A program made the position numbers and the translations under genes. Below are positions 40,321 to 51,023 of a stretch of 64,000 nt of DNA, piece by piece. Numbering within the stretch: the stretch's first letter is position 1; each line of letters starts with the position of its first letter. This stretch comes from Flexilinea sp. (GTDB lineage: Bacteria; Bacteroidota; Bacteroidia; Bacteroidales; Bacteroidaceae). The notes under the pieces are model-generated. The model did not search any database. It was not told the origin of the DNA and saw nothing but the letters and a program-made list of their open reading frames with translations. The stretch covers positions 40,901-104,900 of the forward strand of contig CAVJZJ010000003.1 in assembly GCA_963653995.1 (NCBI GenBank), in the 5' to 3' direction.

Positions 40321-43134
40321 ATGAAACACATTACTCGAAAATTACTCCTTCTGATATTCCTCTGTTTAGCGAATGTTGCGGTTTGCCACGCCGATTGGTT
40401 TAAGGGCAAACTGGTCAATGCGGAAACAGGTGAACCATTGGCCAATGCAAGTATCAGCAGCGAGGTCAATCCGCAACCGGGATGGAGTATGCAAATGTCT
40501 GCCACGGCAGACAGTACGGGATGCTTTATTATATCAAGCGGATGGGAAGGCCGCATACTTTTCACCTTCAGCATGATCGGATACAAAAACTCTCGTAAGG
40601 TGGACTATTCGTATGGAGAGGATGTGAACGACACTACCGATCTTGGTACGGTCAAGTTGCAACCTACCGCACTGATGCTGCGCGAGGTGGAGGTCACTGC
40701 CAAAGTACCGCGCATTACGATGTCGGGCGATACTATTGTGTTCAATCCCGATGCTTTCAAACTGAAGGAAGGGGCACGACTCGATGAACTTATCAAGAAA
40801 CTGCCCGGGGTGGAAAATCGGAATGGCCAACTCTACTGGAGAAACAAGCCTATACGTCTGATGATGAACGGAAAGAATCTCTTTGGCGGCGACAATATCG
40901 TGGGACAGTTGCCGGCTGAGGTAGCCAAGAAAATAAAACTGTATGACCGGAAATCGGAACTGGCCCGGCATACGGGCAACGATGATGGCGATGAAGACAA
41001 TGTGCTCGACATTGAGGTGAAACCGGGATTTCTCGACAAATGGTATGGCGAAGTCAGCGCTGCTTACCAGACGGCGAAACGCTATCTGTTTGACCTGAAC
41101 GCCAGCAAACTCAGTGATCACGATCCGCAACTGGTGTATGTGCAGGCCAACAATGCCAACCGCTATGTGGAGCGTACCATGCGGCGTACCATGAACCGCA
41201 ATGTCGACAACGACGGAAAAAGCCAGAATGGGTCTTACAACTATCAGCACAACTGGCAGACCAATGGGACGGAGAACCTCTCGAACAATAGTTTCGACAT
41301 CAGTGCCAACTTTGGTCATAGTGACGGTTGGGGTACAAACAGTTCGTCTACCGAGACCTTCTTCCCCAACCAAGACCGAACCTTGTCTCTGTCGAGTACC
41401 CATAACTATGATCATAAAATCAATCCGCTGATGTGGGCCAATCTCTTCGCCTACACCGACTCGCTGAACAGTATCAATGTCGAGGCCAGTGCTTCGTACG
41501 GAAAGACCCACGGCATGGTAACGGAAGAAGGTGCTTCATACAGTTACGACCCCAGTCAGTTCCAGTACCATGCGCTTGCAGCCGTCTTGGGGGCCAAACC
41601 TGGTGAAGCACTCTATGAACATATCATTTCGCGCAACCGCAATTATCAGACCAAGGACGGGCAAGAGCGGATGCTCTCGCTCAACTATACGTGGTCGCAC
41701 TATTTGGGCAAGAAAGGTTCTTTCACCGTGAGTGGCAATACGCAGGTCAGCGGAGAAAATACAGATACCTACAATCATCGCACACTCGAATATCTGCGCG
41801 AGGGATACGATGAGAACAAATGGCAGCATTTCGACTACAAAAATCATGACTTGCAGTCTTCGCTCGGTGTCACGTTCGATTACTGGGCCACCAAGAAAAT
41901 CTATCTCAATCTGAGCGACAACGTGACCTACAACCGCTATCGCACGCAGCGCAATGTCTTTGCCGATACCGACGAGGCACTGGTCAACGACAATTTGCCC
42001 ACTACGCCCGACTACGACAACCACAAGGATGCCCATGTGCACAGTTGGAGCAACCGTCTCACGCTGAAGAGTACCATTTCGCCCACAAAGCAGTTGATGA
42101 TTATGCCGAAATTTGCTTGGACTGCCACTCGTGAGGATGCCAAGTATCAGTACGGCCAACTCGATACAGCCACAGTGCGCAATACACACGCTTATACGCC
42201 ATCGTTGTTCTTGAAGTGGAAAATGAGTCGTGTACGCAGTATGGATCTTTCGTTCTCCTACAATACCACAGTGCCTCAATTGACTCAAACCTTCGGTTTC
42301 CGCGATACCACCGACCCGATGAGCATCAGTACCGGTAATGGCCGGCTCGGCAATACGCACAACCATACCACTACGTTTGGTTATCACCGTATGTGGCTTC
42401 GCAAGCAGATTGTTCTCGGACTGGAAGCGTCGTACAACAAAGCAATCCATCCTTTGTCTACCCTCTACCACTACAACTCTCAGACCGGTGTCTATACCAC
42501 AACACCTATGAATGTGAAGGGTGGTGACGAATGGAAGTTCAGTTTCAATTACGATCAAGGACTTGGCGTAGACTTCCGGTTGATGAGCAAATTTAGTCTC
42601 ACGACCTCTCAGTCTTATGGCTTCCTTACGATTCTCGACAATGATGATGCCAACGCTATTCCCAGTCTCAACCATCAGAAACTGCTTGGTGTCAATGAAG
42701 ACTTGGAACTGTCTTATGAGGTGGAAAAAGTCCAGTTGACGCTCTACGACAAACTGGAATGGAACAGATACCATTACGATGCCACATCATACAATTCTCA
42801 CCCCCTTGAAAATAGTTTGGGTGTTCGGTGTCGTGTAAAAATGGAACCCTTCTCCTTTTATTTCAGCGTAAAGGATCTTTTCCGCTCAGGTTATCTGACC
42901 ACTGCGATGAACGGCCACCGTATATTGGCCAATGCGTCCGTAGATTACCATTTCAACAAAAACAAGTGTTGGCTATCCTTGGATGTAGACGATATCTTCA
43001 ATAAGGACAATACCTACTACAGCAATTACACGTCGTATCAGCGGTCTGAGACCTCGCACGACTATATGCACCACTATGCCGAACTGAAATTCACCTATCG
43101 CTTCGACGCCAAGGAAAGCAAAAAGAAAAAGTAG
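40321..43134 (+). CDS. Outer-membrane beta-barrel protein (TonB-receptor-like) with carboxypeptidase-regulatory-like N-domain
   Basis: Signal peptide; GDTIVFNPDAFK..LIKKLPGVE, GNGRL, C-terminal FTYRF. Confidence 0.8.
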   Translation: MKHITRKLLLLIFLCLANVAVCHADWFKGKLVNAETGEPLANASISSEVNPQPGWSMQMSATADSTGCFIISSGWEGRILFTFSMIGYKNSRKVDYSYGEDVNDTTDLGTVKLQPTALMLREVEVTAKVPRITMSGDTIVFNPDAFKLKEGARLDELIKKLPGVENRNGQLYWRNKPIRLMMNGKNLFGGDNIVGQLPAEVAKKIKLYDRKSELARHTGNDDGDEDNVLDIEVKPGFLDKWYGEVSAAYQTAKRYLFDLNASKLSDHDPQLVYVQANNANRYVERTMRRTMNRNVDNDGKSQNGSYNYQHNWQTNGTENLSNNSFDISANFGHSDGWGTNSSSTETFFPNQDRTLSLSSTHNYDHKINPLMWANLFAYTDSLNSINVEASASYGKTHGMVTEEGASYSYDPSQFQYHALAAVLGAKPGEALYEHIISRNRNYQTKDGQERMLSLNYTWSHYLGKKGSFTVSGNTQVSGENTDTYNHRTLEYLREGYDENKWQHFDYKNHDLQSSLGVTFDYWATKKIYLNLSDNVTYNRYRTQRNVFADTDEALVNDNLPTTPDYDNHKDAHVHSWSNRLTLKSTISPTKQLMIMPKFAWTATREDAKYQYGQLDTATVRNTHAYTPSLFLKWKMSRVRSMDLSFSYNTTVPQLTQTFGFRDTTDPMSISTGNGRLGNTHNHTTTFGYHRMWLRKQIVLGLEASYNKAIHPLSTLYHYNSQTGVYTTTPMNVKGGDEWKFSFNYDQGLGVDFRLMSKFSLTTSQSYGFLTILDNDDANAIPSLNHQKLLGVNEDLELSYEVEKVQLTLYDKLEWNRYHYDATSYNSHPLENSLGVRCRVKMEPFSFYFSVKDLFRSGYLTTAMNGHRILANASVDYHFNKNKCWLSLDVDDIFNKDNTYYSNYTSYQRSETSHDYMHHYAELKFTYRFDAKESKKKK

Positions 43135-43159
43135 GTGAGCAAGAAGAAAAGATAGGACA

Positions 43160-43549
43160 TTACAGCGTGGCTTTCAGCCGATCGATGATTTCCCGGTCGG
43201 CTGGAAGCCATTTTATTGTGTCAAGATTTTGGGGCGACAACCATCGAGCGTCCTCGTGCTCGAGTAGGGTAGGGGCGCAGGAGGCCAATGTACACAAGAA
43301 ACACTCCATAGAGAGGTGAAACTGCGGATAGTCGTACTCTATGGTGCAGAACCTTTCGCCGACAATGATTTCAGCGGCCAGTTCCTCCCGAATCTCGCGT
43401 TTCAGCGCGTCAACGGAGGTCTCGCCGCTTTCTGTTTTTCCACCGGGAAATTCCCACCAGTCCTTCCATTCGCCATAGCCCCGTTGGGTGGCGAAGTAAC
43501 GACCTTCAGTATCACGGATAATGGCGGCTACGACGTGTATTGTTTTCAT
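43160..43549 (-). CDS. MutT-like NUDIX hydrolase
   Basis: WEFPGGKTESGETSVDALKREIREEL Nudix box; WLPAD. Confidence 0.9.
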   Translation of the reverse strand: MKTIHVVAAIIRDTEGRYFATQRGYGEWKDWWEFPGGKTESGETSVDALKREIREELAAEIIVGERFCTIEYDYPQFHLSMECFLCTLASCAPTLLEHEDARWLSPQNLDTIKWLPADREIIDRLKATL

Positions 43550-43553
43550 AGTG

Positions 43554-46500
43554 TTATACGGCATTGATGAATTGTGGCAGTATGGGTTGGTGCATACGCC
43601 AGTCTATGCTCATAGGTTTGTCATCGCGGGATGAGATGTAGTCGACCAAGCCGAAGCAATAGAATGGACATGTATTGCCGAAACCGTCGCGCTTGTATTC
43701 CCGGACAAAGAGCAGAAACTTTTTCTTGTTTTTGGCCTGCTCCACAAACCGCTTGCCTCGGCCCTTGTGAGTGTCTGTGTTTTGTGATTTCCAGTGAAAC
43801 TGGTTTTCGCTTACGACATAGTCATCGTACATGGTCGATGCAGAGAAATCCTTGTCAGACTTGTTGAGTGTGACAAAGAACAGTTCGGTGTTGCGTTCCT
43901 CTATGTTGAAGACGCCGGCTACGCATCCTTGCATTTTCTTGTCGGCGGTCTGACGGCCAAAGATGGCGAAGATCTCTTCGCGTGTATAGCATCCGTATTG
44001 TTCCAAGGCGACGGGTAGTCCTTCGCCTACAGCGAAGGTTTTCATTTCGAGATGCTCCAAGAGATAGTCGACCAGTTCTTGCAGTTCGGTGACAAACGCC
44101 GGATAGTCAGCGAGCCGTGCGATGGCCTCCTCTATGCTGCCGAACCCAGTCTTTCCGATACGGTCAAGGTAGAGCGTGTAGTACAACATGATGCCGAAGG
44201 TCTTTTCCCGCTCGTCGGCAAAGGTGATGGCATCAAGGTGGGATAATGTCTTTTTGATGAAGTGCAGGTATGTCGCACTGTTGGCATGTACAAGATTGCC
44301 GATGCCTTTCTCATAGCGTCGGGTATTCTCGTCGGTAGGATAAGAGCAGAGGCCCGCCTCGCGCTTGAGGCTACTCCAACAGTTGTTGCCTTTGTAGATG
44401 ACGCGCACGTCCTGTCCATTGTTCTCGATAAATTCGCGCAGTGTTGGACAGTGGTCGTAACCGTGAAGTTCCTGTATCAGTCTTCGCTTGTTGTATATCG
44501 CAGCCTTGATATTGTCGAGGACGTGTTGTTGGGCTTTTTCCTCCATGTGGATGGTGCAGCCATGGGGAAGCAGGGTAAATCCGTTTTGTATCTGCTCTAC
44601 CACGCTCTTGTCTTTCCTTACCATCAGACTGCGGAAGCGGCTGGTGAAGTCGTACTTCTTGTTGAGCTGCGCCACAAAGTCGAAGACGGTGAGCAGTTGT
44701 TTGCCGGGGTACAGACGTAGGCCTCGGCCTAATTGTTGCAGAAATATGGTCAGCGACTCCGTAGGGCGAAGAAACAGGACGGTGTCTACCGAGGGGATGT
44801 CGATGCCTTCATTGAAGATGTCAACCACAAAGAGATAGTTGATCTCTCCCCTGGACAGTTGACGATTGAGTCTGTCACGGTCGCTGTCTCTGTCGGTAGT
44901 CAGGTAGTCGGCCTTCAGTCCGTATGCATTGAAACTCTCCGCCATATACCGTGCGTGCTCCTTCGTGGCGCAGAATCCGAGAGCCTTGCAACGGGTCTCG
45001 TCTGGAAGGTAATATCTGAGGCGGTCGATGATGAGACCGACACGCTCACGGTTGCAGAGCCTTTCGGTCAGTTTGGTGGCGACATACTTGCTGCCTTGCA
45101 TCAGGTCATCGTCGGTCAGGTCGGTGTTGTCGCTGATGCAGAGGTACTGAAAAGGAGTAAGCAGACCTTCGTCCAAGGCCTTGGGCAAACGTATTTCGGC
45201 GCTGATTTGTCCGTCGAAGTCAGGCAACAGGCTTACGCCGTCCATACGTTCAGGTGTCGCCGTAAGTCCAATCAGCAGTTTGGGGGAGAAGTGAGTCAGT
45301 ATCTTGCGGTAACTGTCGGCTACAAGGTGGTGAGCCTCGTCGATGACGATATAGTCATAGTAGTCGTGTGGTAGGGCACTGAATATCTCCTCGTACTTGG
45401 CATTGAAGGTCTGTACGGATACGAATAGGTGACCGATGCCGTTGTCCGGCTTGTATTGTCCTACCCATACATCGCCGAAATTGGCATCCATCAGCACACT
45501 TCTGTAGGCATTGCGCGACTGTACGAGTATCTCCTGACGATGGGCCACAAAGAGTAGGCGAGCGTGGTGCGGATGGGTTTCTGTGAACAGTTTGTAGTCG
45601 AATGCCGATACGACCGTCTTGCCTGTACCCGTGGCGGCCACGACAAGATTTCTTCTGATGCCGTTTTCGCGGACTGCGGCCAGTCGGTCGAGTATCTGTT
45701 TCTGGTGGGGAAGCAAGGCGTACTTCACTAGTGTTCCGGCAGTATGGCCGGCCGGTTGGCTTTCCTTCTGCAGTTCGCGGTAGAGTTTCTCCGCGCCGCC
45801 ATCGTTGTAGTCTTCGAAGTTATGGCTATTCCAATAGAGATTGAAGGTAGCCAGCGCCGTCTTGATGATATGGGGGTTCTCGGTGTTTGTCACACGGATG
45901 TTCCACTCCAATCCATCGGTTTGGGCTGATTTCGATAGGTTGGACGAACCGATATAGGCGGTGCTGAAGCCAGAATTCCGCTCGAAAATATATGATTTGG
46001 CGTGGAGTCGTTCTATCTGTGCATTGTAGGATATCCGGATTTCCGTATTGGGTAATTGGGCAAGCCGCTCTACCGCTTTGGCTTCGGTGACACCGCAATA
46101 GGTGGTCGTGATGATGCGCAGTCTATGGTTGTCGTTTTCGCAAAACTTTTTCAGTCTGTCGTAGATGAGGTTGAGACCTGATAGTTTCAGAAACGATACA
46201 ATCAAGTAGATGTTGTCTGCACTTTCGATATCGCGCTCTATCTCGGCGTTTAGCGGCACCTTGCTTTGTCCGCCTGTGAAGAGATTGCTGATACGAAATC
46301 CTGTGAGCGGGCGTATCGGTTCTTGTCCGGTAGCCTTCAGTCGTGCGTTTTCTTGTTTGGAAACTACGGCAGAGAGCATTCTACGTTCTTCGACAATCTT
46401 GTCTTCTTTCTCTTCTCCGAGAAAGTCAATCAGGCGGTTGACAAAGTCCACGCGCTCTTCGGTCGACAAGTTTTCGTCGGAAAGTCGGTTGCAGACCATC

Positions 46501-46649
46501 TTGCGCACATGCTCGGCTAACATAGAGGGCGACTCGGCTTCGTCGATATCGTCTTCTTTGCAGACAAAACCGTCGGTTGAGGCTTGTTGTATGTCGTTTT
46601 GCAGTGCTTGGGTGATTAGATTTTCGTATGCTCCTTCTTGTAGTTTCAT
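43554..46649 (-). CDS. PLD nuclease-SF2 helicase-DUF3427 protein (SauUSI-like type IV restriction enzyme)
   Basis: LHAKSY...GSSNLS (PLD), ATGTGKT, DEAH, TATPERMD, NEGIDIP, QQLGRGLR, C-terminal FVTLNKS..YDDY..FHWKSQ. Confidence 0.85.
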   Translation of the reverse strand: MKLQEGAYENLITQALQNDIQQASTDGFVCKEDDIDEAESPSMLAEHVRKMVCNRLSDENLSTEERVDFVNRLIDFLGEEKEDKIVEERRMLSAVVSKQENARLKATGQEPIRPLTGFRISNLFTGGQSKVPLNAEIERDIESADNIYLIVSFLKLSGLNLIYDRLKKFCENDNHRLRIITTTYCGVTEAKAVERLAQLPNTEIRISYNAQIERLHAKSYIFERNSGFSTAYIGSSNLSKSAQTDGLEWNIRVTNTENPHIIKTALATFNLYWNSHNFEDYNDGGAEKLYRELQKESQPAGHTAGTLVKYALLPHQKQILDRLAAVRENGIRRNLVVAATGTGKTVVSAFDYKLFTETHPHHARLLFVAHRQEILVQSRNAYRSVLMDANFGDVWVGQYKPDNGIGHLFVSVQTFNAKYEEIFSALPHDYYDYIVIDEAHHLVADSYRKILTHFSPKLLIGLTATPERMDGVSLLPDFDGQISAEIRLPKALDEGLLTPFQYLCISDNTDLTDDDLMQGSKYVATKLTERLCNRERVGLIIDRLRYYLPDETRCKALGFCATKEHARYMAESFNAYGLKADYLTTDRDSDRDRLNRQLSRGEINYLFVVDIFNEGIDIPSVDTVLFLRPTESLTIFLQQLGRGLRLYPGKQLLTVFDFVAQLNKKYDFTSRFRSLMVRKDKSVVEQIQNGFTLLPHGCTIHMEEKAQQHVLDNIKAAIYNKRRLIQELHGYDHCPTLREFIENNGQDVRVIYKGNNCWSSLKREAGLCSYPTDENTRRYEKGIGNLVHANSATYLHFIKKTLSHLDAITFADEREKTFGIMLYYTLYLDRIGKTGFGSIEEAIARLADYPAFVTELQELVDYLLEHLEMKTFAVGEGLPVALEQYGCYTREEIFAIFGRQTADKKMQGCVAGVFNIEERNTELFFVTLNKSDKDFSASTMYDDYVVSENQFHWKSQNTDTHKGRGKRFVEQAKNKKKFLLFVREYKRDGFGNTCPFYCFGLVDYISSRDDKPMSIDWRMHQPILPQFINAV

Positions 46650-46676
46650 CGTACCAAGTTGTTCTTTTTGTCGTCC

Positions 46677-47747
46677 TTAGAATGTGATGGGTGAACCAAC
46701 GCCTTTGTGCTGAGGTCGGAACGTGATACCCAACAATTTGGCGATGGTCGGTGCTATCTGTGCGTTGTAGTACTGTCCGGAGGTCAGTACGCCTTTGGCG
46801 GGGATACCCTTGCCGAAAGCCATCAGCCAAGTCTGTCCGGAGTGTGCGGTCTCTTCACCGTGGTCGCGCCAGGCGTTGATGTCGGTGTCGCCACGTCCGT
46901 GGTCGCAGGTGACGATGACGGTAGTCTGGTCTTTGTAGAAGGGGTCGCTTTGGATGAGTTCCCACAATTCTTTGAGATAGGCATCTGTGCTGTGTGCCGC
47001 ATCAAGGTAGAGACGGTAGTTGCCAGCGTGGCCCCATTCGTCGGTGTCACCATATCCGATAAAGAGCAGTTTGGGATGGCGAGAGCGCATGGCTTCAAGG
47101 GCATACTCGTGGGTAAGGAAGTCGAATCGCTCTCCGTCCCAGTACTTGGGACAGGCTTCCTGTAATTTGTCAAGATATTTCTCTCGTTCTGTCGGAGTCT
47201 TCGAAAGGGCGTGACGGTAGTGGGCGTTCACTTCCAGCCCGCTTCTCTTCTCATTGAATATCTCGATGAATCGCTCCCAACTTCCGAAGCACAGCACCGA
47301 GTTCTTGTATTTGTCGGTATTGTTGGCGGCTTCGAAGACGGTCACGTTGGGGTTGGGGAAGGCATCGTTGCTGGTGATGCGCTCATCGTCGGCATGTCCG
47401 CACAAATCCTCATTGTAGCCGGGGTAGGAGAACCACATCTTGTTGGTGACATCCATCGTGCATCCTTGGTTGCGGTTGCCGATGATGATACCGTTCTTGG
47501 CAATGAAATTCCAGGTGAAGGGCATCAGTGTGTTGCGCCGCTCTATGAGATTGTCTTTCCAATAGTCTTTTTTCATGATTTCGACCTCACCAAATTGTTT
47601 CTCATTGATCAGTACGGAGTCAGCACCCCCAAACAATTCTTGCCACCGATAACCGTCTACGGTAATCAATATCACTTTCTGCACTGTTTTTGCCACGCAG
47701 GGCAGTAGCAAAAGTGTGGACAGGAAGGTTAACAATGTTTTTCTCAT
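46677..47747 (-). CDS. Exported alkaline-phosphatase-superfamily enzyme
   Basis: Signal peptide; ITVDGYRWQE, FSYPGY, DTDEWGH, TCDHG. Confidence 0.8.
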   Translation of the reverse strand: MRKTLLTFLSTLLLLPCVAKTVQKVILITVDGYRWQELFGGADSVLINEKQFGEVEIMKKDYWKDNLIERRNTLMPFTWNFIAKNGIIIGNRNQGCTMDVTNKMWFSYPGYNEDLCGHADDERITSNDAFPNPNVTVFEAANNTDKYKNSVLCFGSWERFIEIFNEKRSGLEVNAHYRHALSKTPTEREKYLDKLQEACPKYWDGERFDFLTHEYALEAMRSRHPKLLFIGYGDTDEWGHAGNYRLYLDAAHSTDAYLKELWELIQSDPFYKDQTTVIVTCDHGRGDTDINAWRDHGEETAHSGQTWLMAFGKGIPAKGVLTSGQYYNAQIAPTIAKLLGITFRPQHKGVGSPITF

Positions 47748-47862
47748 TTTTGTGATAGTTTTGAATGTATCTCCAAAATTAAGGATAAAAAATGTGATAG
47801 GCAAGAATTTGCTTCACGGATTGTTATCCCCTCCATTGCGGTATACTCATAAATAATGATTT

Positions 47863-47916
47863 TGTAACGGAGGTTACACTTACACTTGTCCAATTGGACA
47901 GAAAATCGTACCTTTG
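47863..47916 (+). promoter_or_regulatory. pflB promoter with two palindromic candidate operators
   Basis: TGTAAC-n4-GTTACA (47863-78), perfect TGTCCAATTGGACA (47887-900), TACCTTTG (47909-16). Confidence 0.5.
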
Positions 47917-47952
47917 TACCAGTTATTCATCAACCACATTATCAAAAAGAAT

Positions 47953-50193
47953 ATGGTATTAAGAGATCTTCAGCAAGACTTCCGTGGTTCCAATTGGAAA
48001 CACGAGATTGACGTAAGAGACTTTATTCAGGCAAACTACGAGCCCTATGACGGTGACGAACAATTCTTGGCAGGACCTTCCGAGAAGACAAAGAAACTTT
48101 GGAATGTTCTCTCCGGCCTCTTTGAGGTAGAACGCGAGAAGGGTATCTATGATGCCGAAACCAAACTGCCCCAAAGTCTCGATACCTATGGCGCAGGATA
48201 CATCGACAAGGACAGCGAAGTGGTCGTCGGACTGCAGACGGATGCTCCTCTGAAGCGCGGTATCTTCCCCAAAGGCGGTATCCGTATGGTGGAGAAGGCC
48301 CTTCAAGCCTATGGCTATGAACTTGATCCCGCCACGAAGACCATCTTTACCAAATATCGCAAGACACACAACGAGGGCGTGTTCTCGGCCTACAACGACG
48401 ATATCAAGGCCGCCCGTCACGCTCATATTATCACCGGTCTGCCCGATGCCTACGGCCGCGGTCGCATTATTGGTGACTATCGTCGTATCGCCCTCTATGG
48501 TACGGCTAACCTCATCGAGGAGAAGAAACGCTATTTCAAACGTATCGACATACAAGAGTTCACTGAGGAAATCGTGCGTCATCGCGAGGAAATCAGTGAG
48601 CAAGTGCAGGCCTTGAAGCAGTTTGAACGTATGTGCGCTGCCTATGGATTTGATGTCACCAAGCCTGCCACCAATGCTCGCGAAGCCGTGCAGTGGACCT
48701 ATTTCGGCTACCTCGGTGCCGTGAAGGATCAAGATGGTGCCGCTATGTCGCTCGGACGTGTCTGCGCCTTCCTCGATATCTATATTCAGCGCGACTTGAA
48801 GAACGGCACATTGACCGAAGAGGAAGCACAGGAACTCATCGACCAGATGATCATGAAATTGCGCATCGTGCGCTTCCTTCGTACTCCGGAGTACAACGAC
48901 CTCTTCTCCGGTGACCCCATTTGGGCAACAGCCTCTCTTGGTGGTATGGGCATAGACGGACGTTCGATGGTCACCAAGACAGACTACCGTTTCCTCCACA
49001 CCTTGTATAATATGGGTCCGTCGCCCGAGCCCAACCTCACAGTTCTTTGGAGTGAGCGCTTGCCTGAGGCTTGGAAAAAATACTGCGCTAAGGTCAGCAT
49101 CGATACCAGCGCTATACAGTATGAGAACGATGACCTCATGCGTACTGATCTTGGCGACGACTATGGTATTGCCTGCTGCGTAAGCCCGATGAAGATAGGT
49201 AAGCAGATGCAGTTCTTCGGCGCTCGCGCCAACCTCGCCAAGTGTATGCTCTATGCTATCAATGGTGGTCGCGACGAGATGACCGGTCAGCAGGTAGCCC
49301 CCCGCTTTGCTCCCATCACAGGCGACTACCTCACCTACGAGGAATTCATGCCCAAGTTTGAGCAGATGATGCGGTGGTTGGCAAAGACCTATGTCAATGC
49401 TCTCAAGATCATCCACTATATGCACGACAAGTATGATTACGAGGCATTTGAGATGGCGCTGCACGATGGTGATGTGGAGCGTACACGTGCCACAGGTATC
49501 GCTGGTCTCTCTATCGTCACAGACTCTATCGCTGCCATGAAACATTGCAAGGTGCGCATTGTACGCGATGAGACCGGACTGGCTGTCGACTACAAGATTG
49601 AGGACGGTGAGTATGTACCCTTTGGCAACAACAATGAGGAGACAGACACTATCGCTGTCGATATCACCGAAACATTCATGGAGTATCTGCGTCAGCACCG
49701 CACCTACCGTGAGGCTACTCCCACACAGAGCCTGCTCACCATCACTTCGAATGTGGTCTATGGCCGCAATACCGGTGCCACTCCCGACGGTCGTCAGAAG
49801 GGAGTGCCGTTTGCTCCGGGTGCCAATCCTATGAATGCCCGTGATGTGAAGGGTGCTGTGGCTGCATTGTCGTCAGTGGCCAAACTGCCGTTCCAACATT
49901 CTCGCGACGGTATCTCCTATACCTTTGCTATTGCTCCTTCGGCCCTCGGCAAGGAGAAGGATATGCAGGCTACCAACCTTGTGTCGTTGCTTGATGGCTA
50001 CTTCACTCCTCATGGCGGCCAGCACATCAATGTCAATGTCTTCGACCGACAACTTCTGCTCGATGCTATGGATCATCCTGAGAAGTATCCGCAACTCACC
50101 ATCCGTGTCAGCGGCTACGCCGTGAACTTTGTGAAACTTACCCGTGAGCAGCAACTCGATGTGCTCTCGCGTACCATCAATCAGGGTATGTAG
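47953..50193 (+). CDS. pflB: Pyruvate formate-lyase
   Basis: [32 protein letters not shown] glycyl-radical motif. Confidence 0.96.
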   Translation: MVLRDLQQDFRGSNWKHEIDVRDFIQANYEPYDGDEQFLAGPSEKTKKLWNVLSGLFEVEREKGIYDAETKLPQSLDTYGAGYIDKDSEVVVGLQTDAPLKRGIFPKGGIRMVEKALQAYGYELDPATKTIFTKYRKTHNEGVFSAYNDDIKAARHAHIITGLPDAYGRGRIIGDYRRIALYGTANLIEEKKRYFKRIDIQEFTEEIVRHREEISEQVQALKQFERMCAAYGFDVTKPATNAREAVQWTYFGYLGAVKDQDGAAMSLGRVCAFLDIYIQRDLKNGTLTEEEAQELIDQMIMKLRIVRFLRTPEYNDLFSGDPIWATASLGGMGIDGRSMVTKTDYRFLHTLYNMGPSPEPNLTVLWSERLPEAWKKYCAKVSIDTSAIQYENDDLMRTDLGDDYGIACCVSPMKIGKQMQFFGARANLAKCMLYAINGGRDEMTGQQVAPRFAPITGDYLTYEEFMPKFEQMMRWLAKTYVNALKIIHYMHDKYDYEAFEMALHDGDVERTRATGIAGLSIVTDSIAAMKHCKVRIVRDETGLAVDYKIEDGEYVPFGNNNEETDTIAVDITETFMEYLRQHRTYREATPTQSLLTITSNVVYGRNTGATPDGRQKGVPFAPGANPMNARDVKGAVAALSSVAKLPFQHSRDGISYTFAIAPSALGKEKDMQATNLVSLLDGYFTPHGGQHINVNVFDRQLLLDAMDHPEKYPQLTIRVSGYAVNFVKLTREQQLDVLSRTINQGM

Positions 50194-50294
50194 CCCTGAT
50201 TGTTGCAGATATCTTATTTGCTGTTACCACGAAAGCCATCTGCTTCCTGATTGTAGGAAGGATATGGCTTTCGTCGGTTTGAAAACCCTTCGAA

Positions 50295-51023
50295 ATGGAC
50301 ACGATAGGCAGAATACACTCCTTGGAAACCTTTGGCACGGTCGACGGACCGGGCATACGATTTGTAGCATTCATGCAGGGTTGCCCTTTGCGTTGTCAGT
50401 TTTGTCACAATCCCGATACCTGGAATCCACAGGCCACATGCCAGTACGAACTGACCCCTCGGCAACTACTCGATGAGGTGTTGCGCTACCGCAGTTTTAT
50501 CAAGAACGGCGGGGTGACGCTCTCGGGCGGCGAACCGCTCATGCAGGCTGAGTTTGCGGCAGAATTTTTCGCGTTGTGTCAGGCTGAAGGTCTTCATACT
50601 GCGCTTGATACCAGTGGATTTTATTGTACGCCGCGCGCTCTTGAGATACTCCAATATACCGATTTGGTGTTGCTTGATATCAAGACCATGGATTCCAACC
50701 TTTACCCGCGTCTTACGGGGCAATGTCAAGACAACAATCTGAAATTTCTTGACGAACTGCAGCGGCGGGGTATCAGTACATGGATACGCCATGTGGTGGT
50801 GCCCGGGTTGACCGACAATGATGAGTGGCTACGTCGACTCGGTGAACACGTGGCACGCTATGATGTGGTGCAGAAGATAGAAATATTGCCCTATCATACC
50901 CTCGGTACGTTCAAGTACAGTCAACTCGGTCTGACCTATCCTCTCGAAGGTGTGCAACCACTTAGTGCTGAGAGGGCTAAGGCTATCCGTGAGATGCTTT
51001 CTGCCTATAAACCCTGTCTCTGA
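50295..51023 (+). CDS. pflA: PFL activating enzyme
   Basis: GTVDGPGIR, GCPLRCQFCHNPDTW, SGGEP, LPYH. Confidence 0.95.
   Translation: MDTIGRIHSLETFGTVDGPGIRFVAFMQGCPLRCQFCHNPDTWNPQATCQYELTPRQLLDEVLRYRSFIKNGGVTLSGGEPLMQAEFAAEFFALCQAEGLHTALDTSGFYCTPRALEILQYTDLVLLDIKTMDSNLYPRLTGQCQDNNLKFLDELQRRGISTWIRHVVVPGLTDNDEWLRRLGEHVARYDVVQKIEILPYHTLGTFKYSQLGLTYPLEGVQPLSAERAKAIREMLSAYKPCL

Noticed and set aside
41536..42774. 412-aa antisense ORF and similar shadows (13625-14620, 19838-20815, 40534-41511)
   Set aside because: Fully overlap well-supported genes on the opposite strand.
47959..49698. 579-aa antisense ORF over pflB
   Set aside because: Shadow frame of a strongly codon-biased gene; no recognisable motifs.
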